35,444 bases of DNA from Candidatus Buchananbacteria bacterium (GTDB lineage: Bacteria; Patescibacteriota; Patescibacteriia; CAIXNZ01): assembly GCA_030592165.1 (NCBI GenBank), contig JAUVKC010000001.1, positions 1-35,444 of the forward strand. The letters are read 5' to 3'. The translations under genes were made by a program, and so were the position numbers. The notes beneath the pieces were generated by a model. It ran no database searches. It was not told the DNA's origin and saw only the letters and a list, made by a program, of their open reading frames with translations. This document shows, piece after piece, positions 35,312 through 35,444 of the stretch (within the stretch, counting starts at the first letter, position 1; each line of letters starts with the position of its first letter).

Positions 35312-35444
35312 AAAATAAAATATTGATTAATGCTTCTATTTTAGTTTTGGTATTTATTTTATCGTATTTTATTTTGCATATTGTTAACGCTGGTCTTGTT
35401 AGTAATTTTTCAGATGAAATAGATTCACATTTAATTTCATCGGC
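35308..35444 (+). CDS. 5' part of a further secreted/membrane protein, truncated by the window end
   Basis: The ATG at 35308 overlaps the preceding TGA (ATGA). The translation is MKNKILINASILVLVFILSYFILHIVNAGLVSNFSDEIDSHLISS..., a signal peptide followed by 'NFSDE'. Confidence 0.5.
   Translation, partial: MKNKILINASILVLVFILSYFILHIVNAGLVSNFSDEIDSHLISS

Overview
AT-rich bacterial chromosomal window read with the standard code; TGA is a real stop at three ATGA-type gene overlaps. Genes are tightly packed, almost all on the + strand. I saw no rRNA, tRNA, CRISPR array or transposase. The style (many large secreted or anchored proteins, an O-antigen-ligase+TPR fusion, small housekeeping genes) suggests a reduced monoderm genome such as Patescibacteria/CPR, but that is inference only. 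Positions 38-12381 are housekeeping: metG, cvpA-like, tatD, rnhB, a complete F1Fo ATP synthase operon (atpZ-like, B, E, F, H, A, G, D, C) and a CPA2-type cation/proton antiporter. Positions 12382-15267 hold an orphan small transcription unit, an alpha/beta hydrolase translationally coupled to an AttH/CrtC-like protein, and a 640-nt 'empty' region. That region contains a 38-aa SD-led hydrophobic ORF, a bidirectional terminator and a GC-rich multi-hairpin candidate ncRNA on the minus strand with its own extended -10 promoter. Positions 15268-20780 encode envelope proteins, including a dockerin + beta-propeller protein and an O-antigen-ligase/TPR protein. Positions 20872-24945 encode a UvrD/PcrA-type helicase fused to a 4-Cys PD-(D/E)xK nuclease. 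Its motif III is split by a 359-aa intein whose nuclease insert looks GIY-YIG-like rather than LAGLIDADG or HNH. The most interesting region is 24976 to the window end. It is a co-directional cluster of secreted or TM-anchored proteins that resembles the Firmicute Csc/WxL cell-surface-complex loci: a DUF916/DUF3324-like anchored protein plus three proteins sharing a WxL-like C-terminal module. The cluster is interleaved with a cohesin-bearing membrane-anchored scaffold and a dockerin-bearing protein. I propose it is an undescribed surface-fibre or adhesin assembly and display system. Several intergenic regions are built from short repeated AT-rich 'words', including a ~150-nt degenerate heptamer array and an exact 14-mer present three times.
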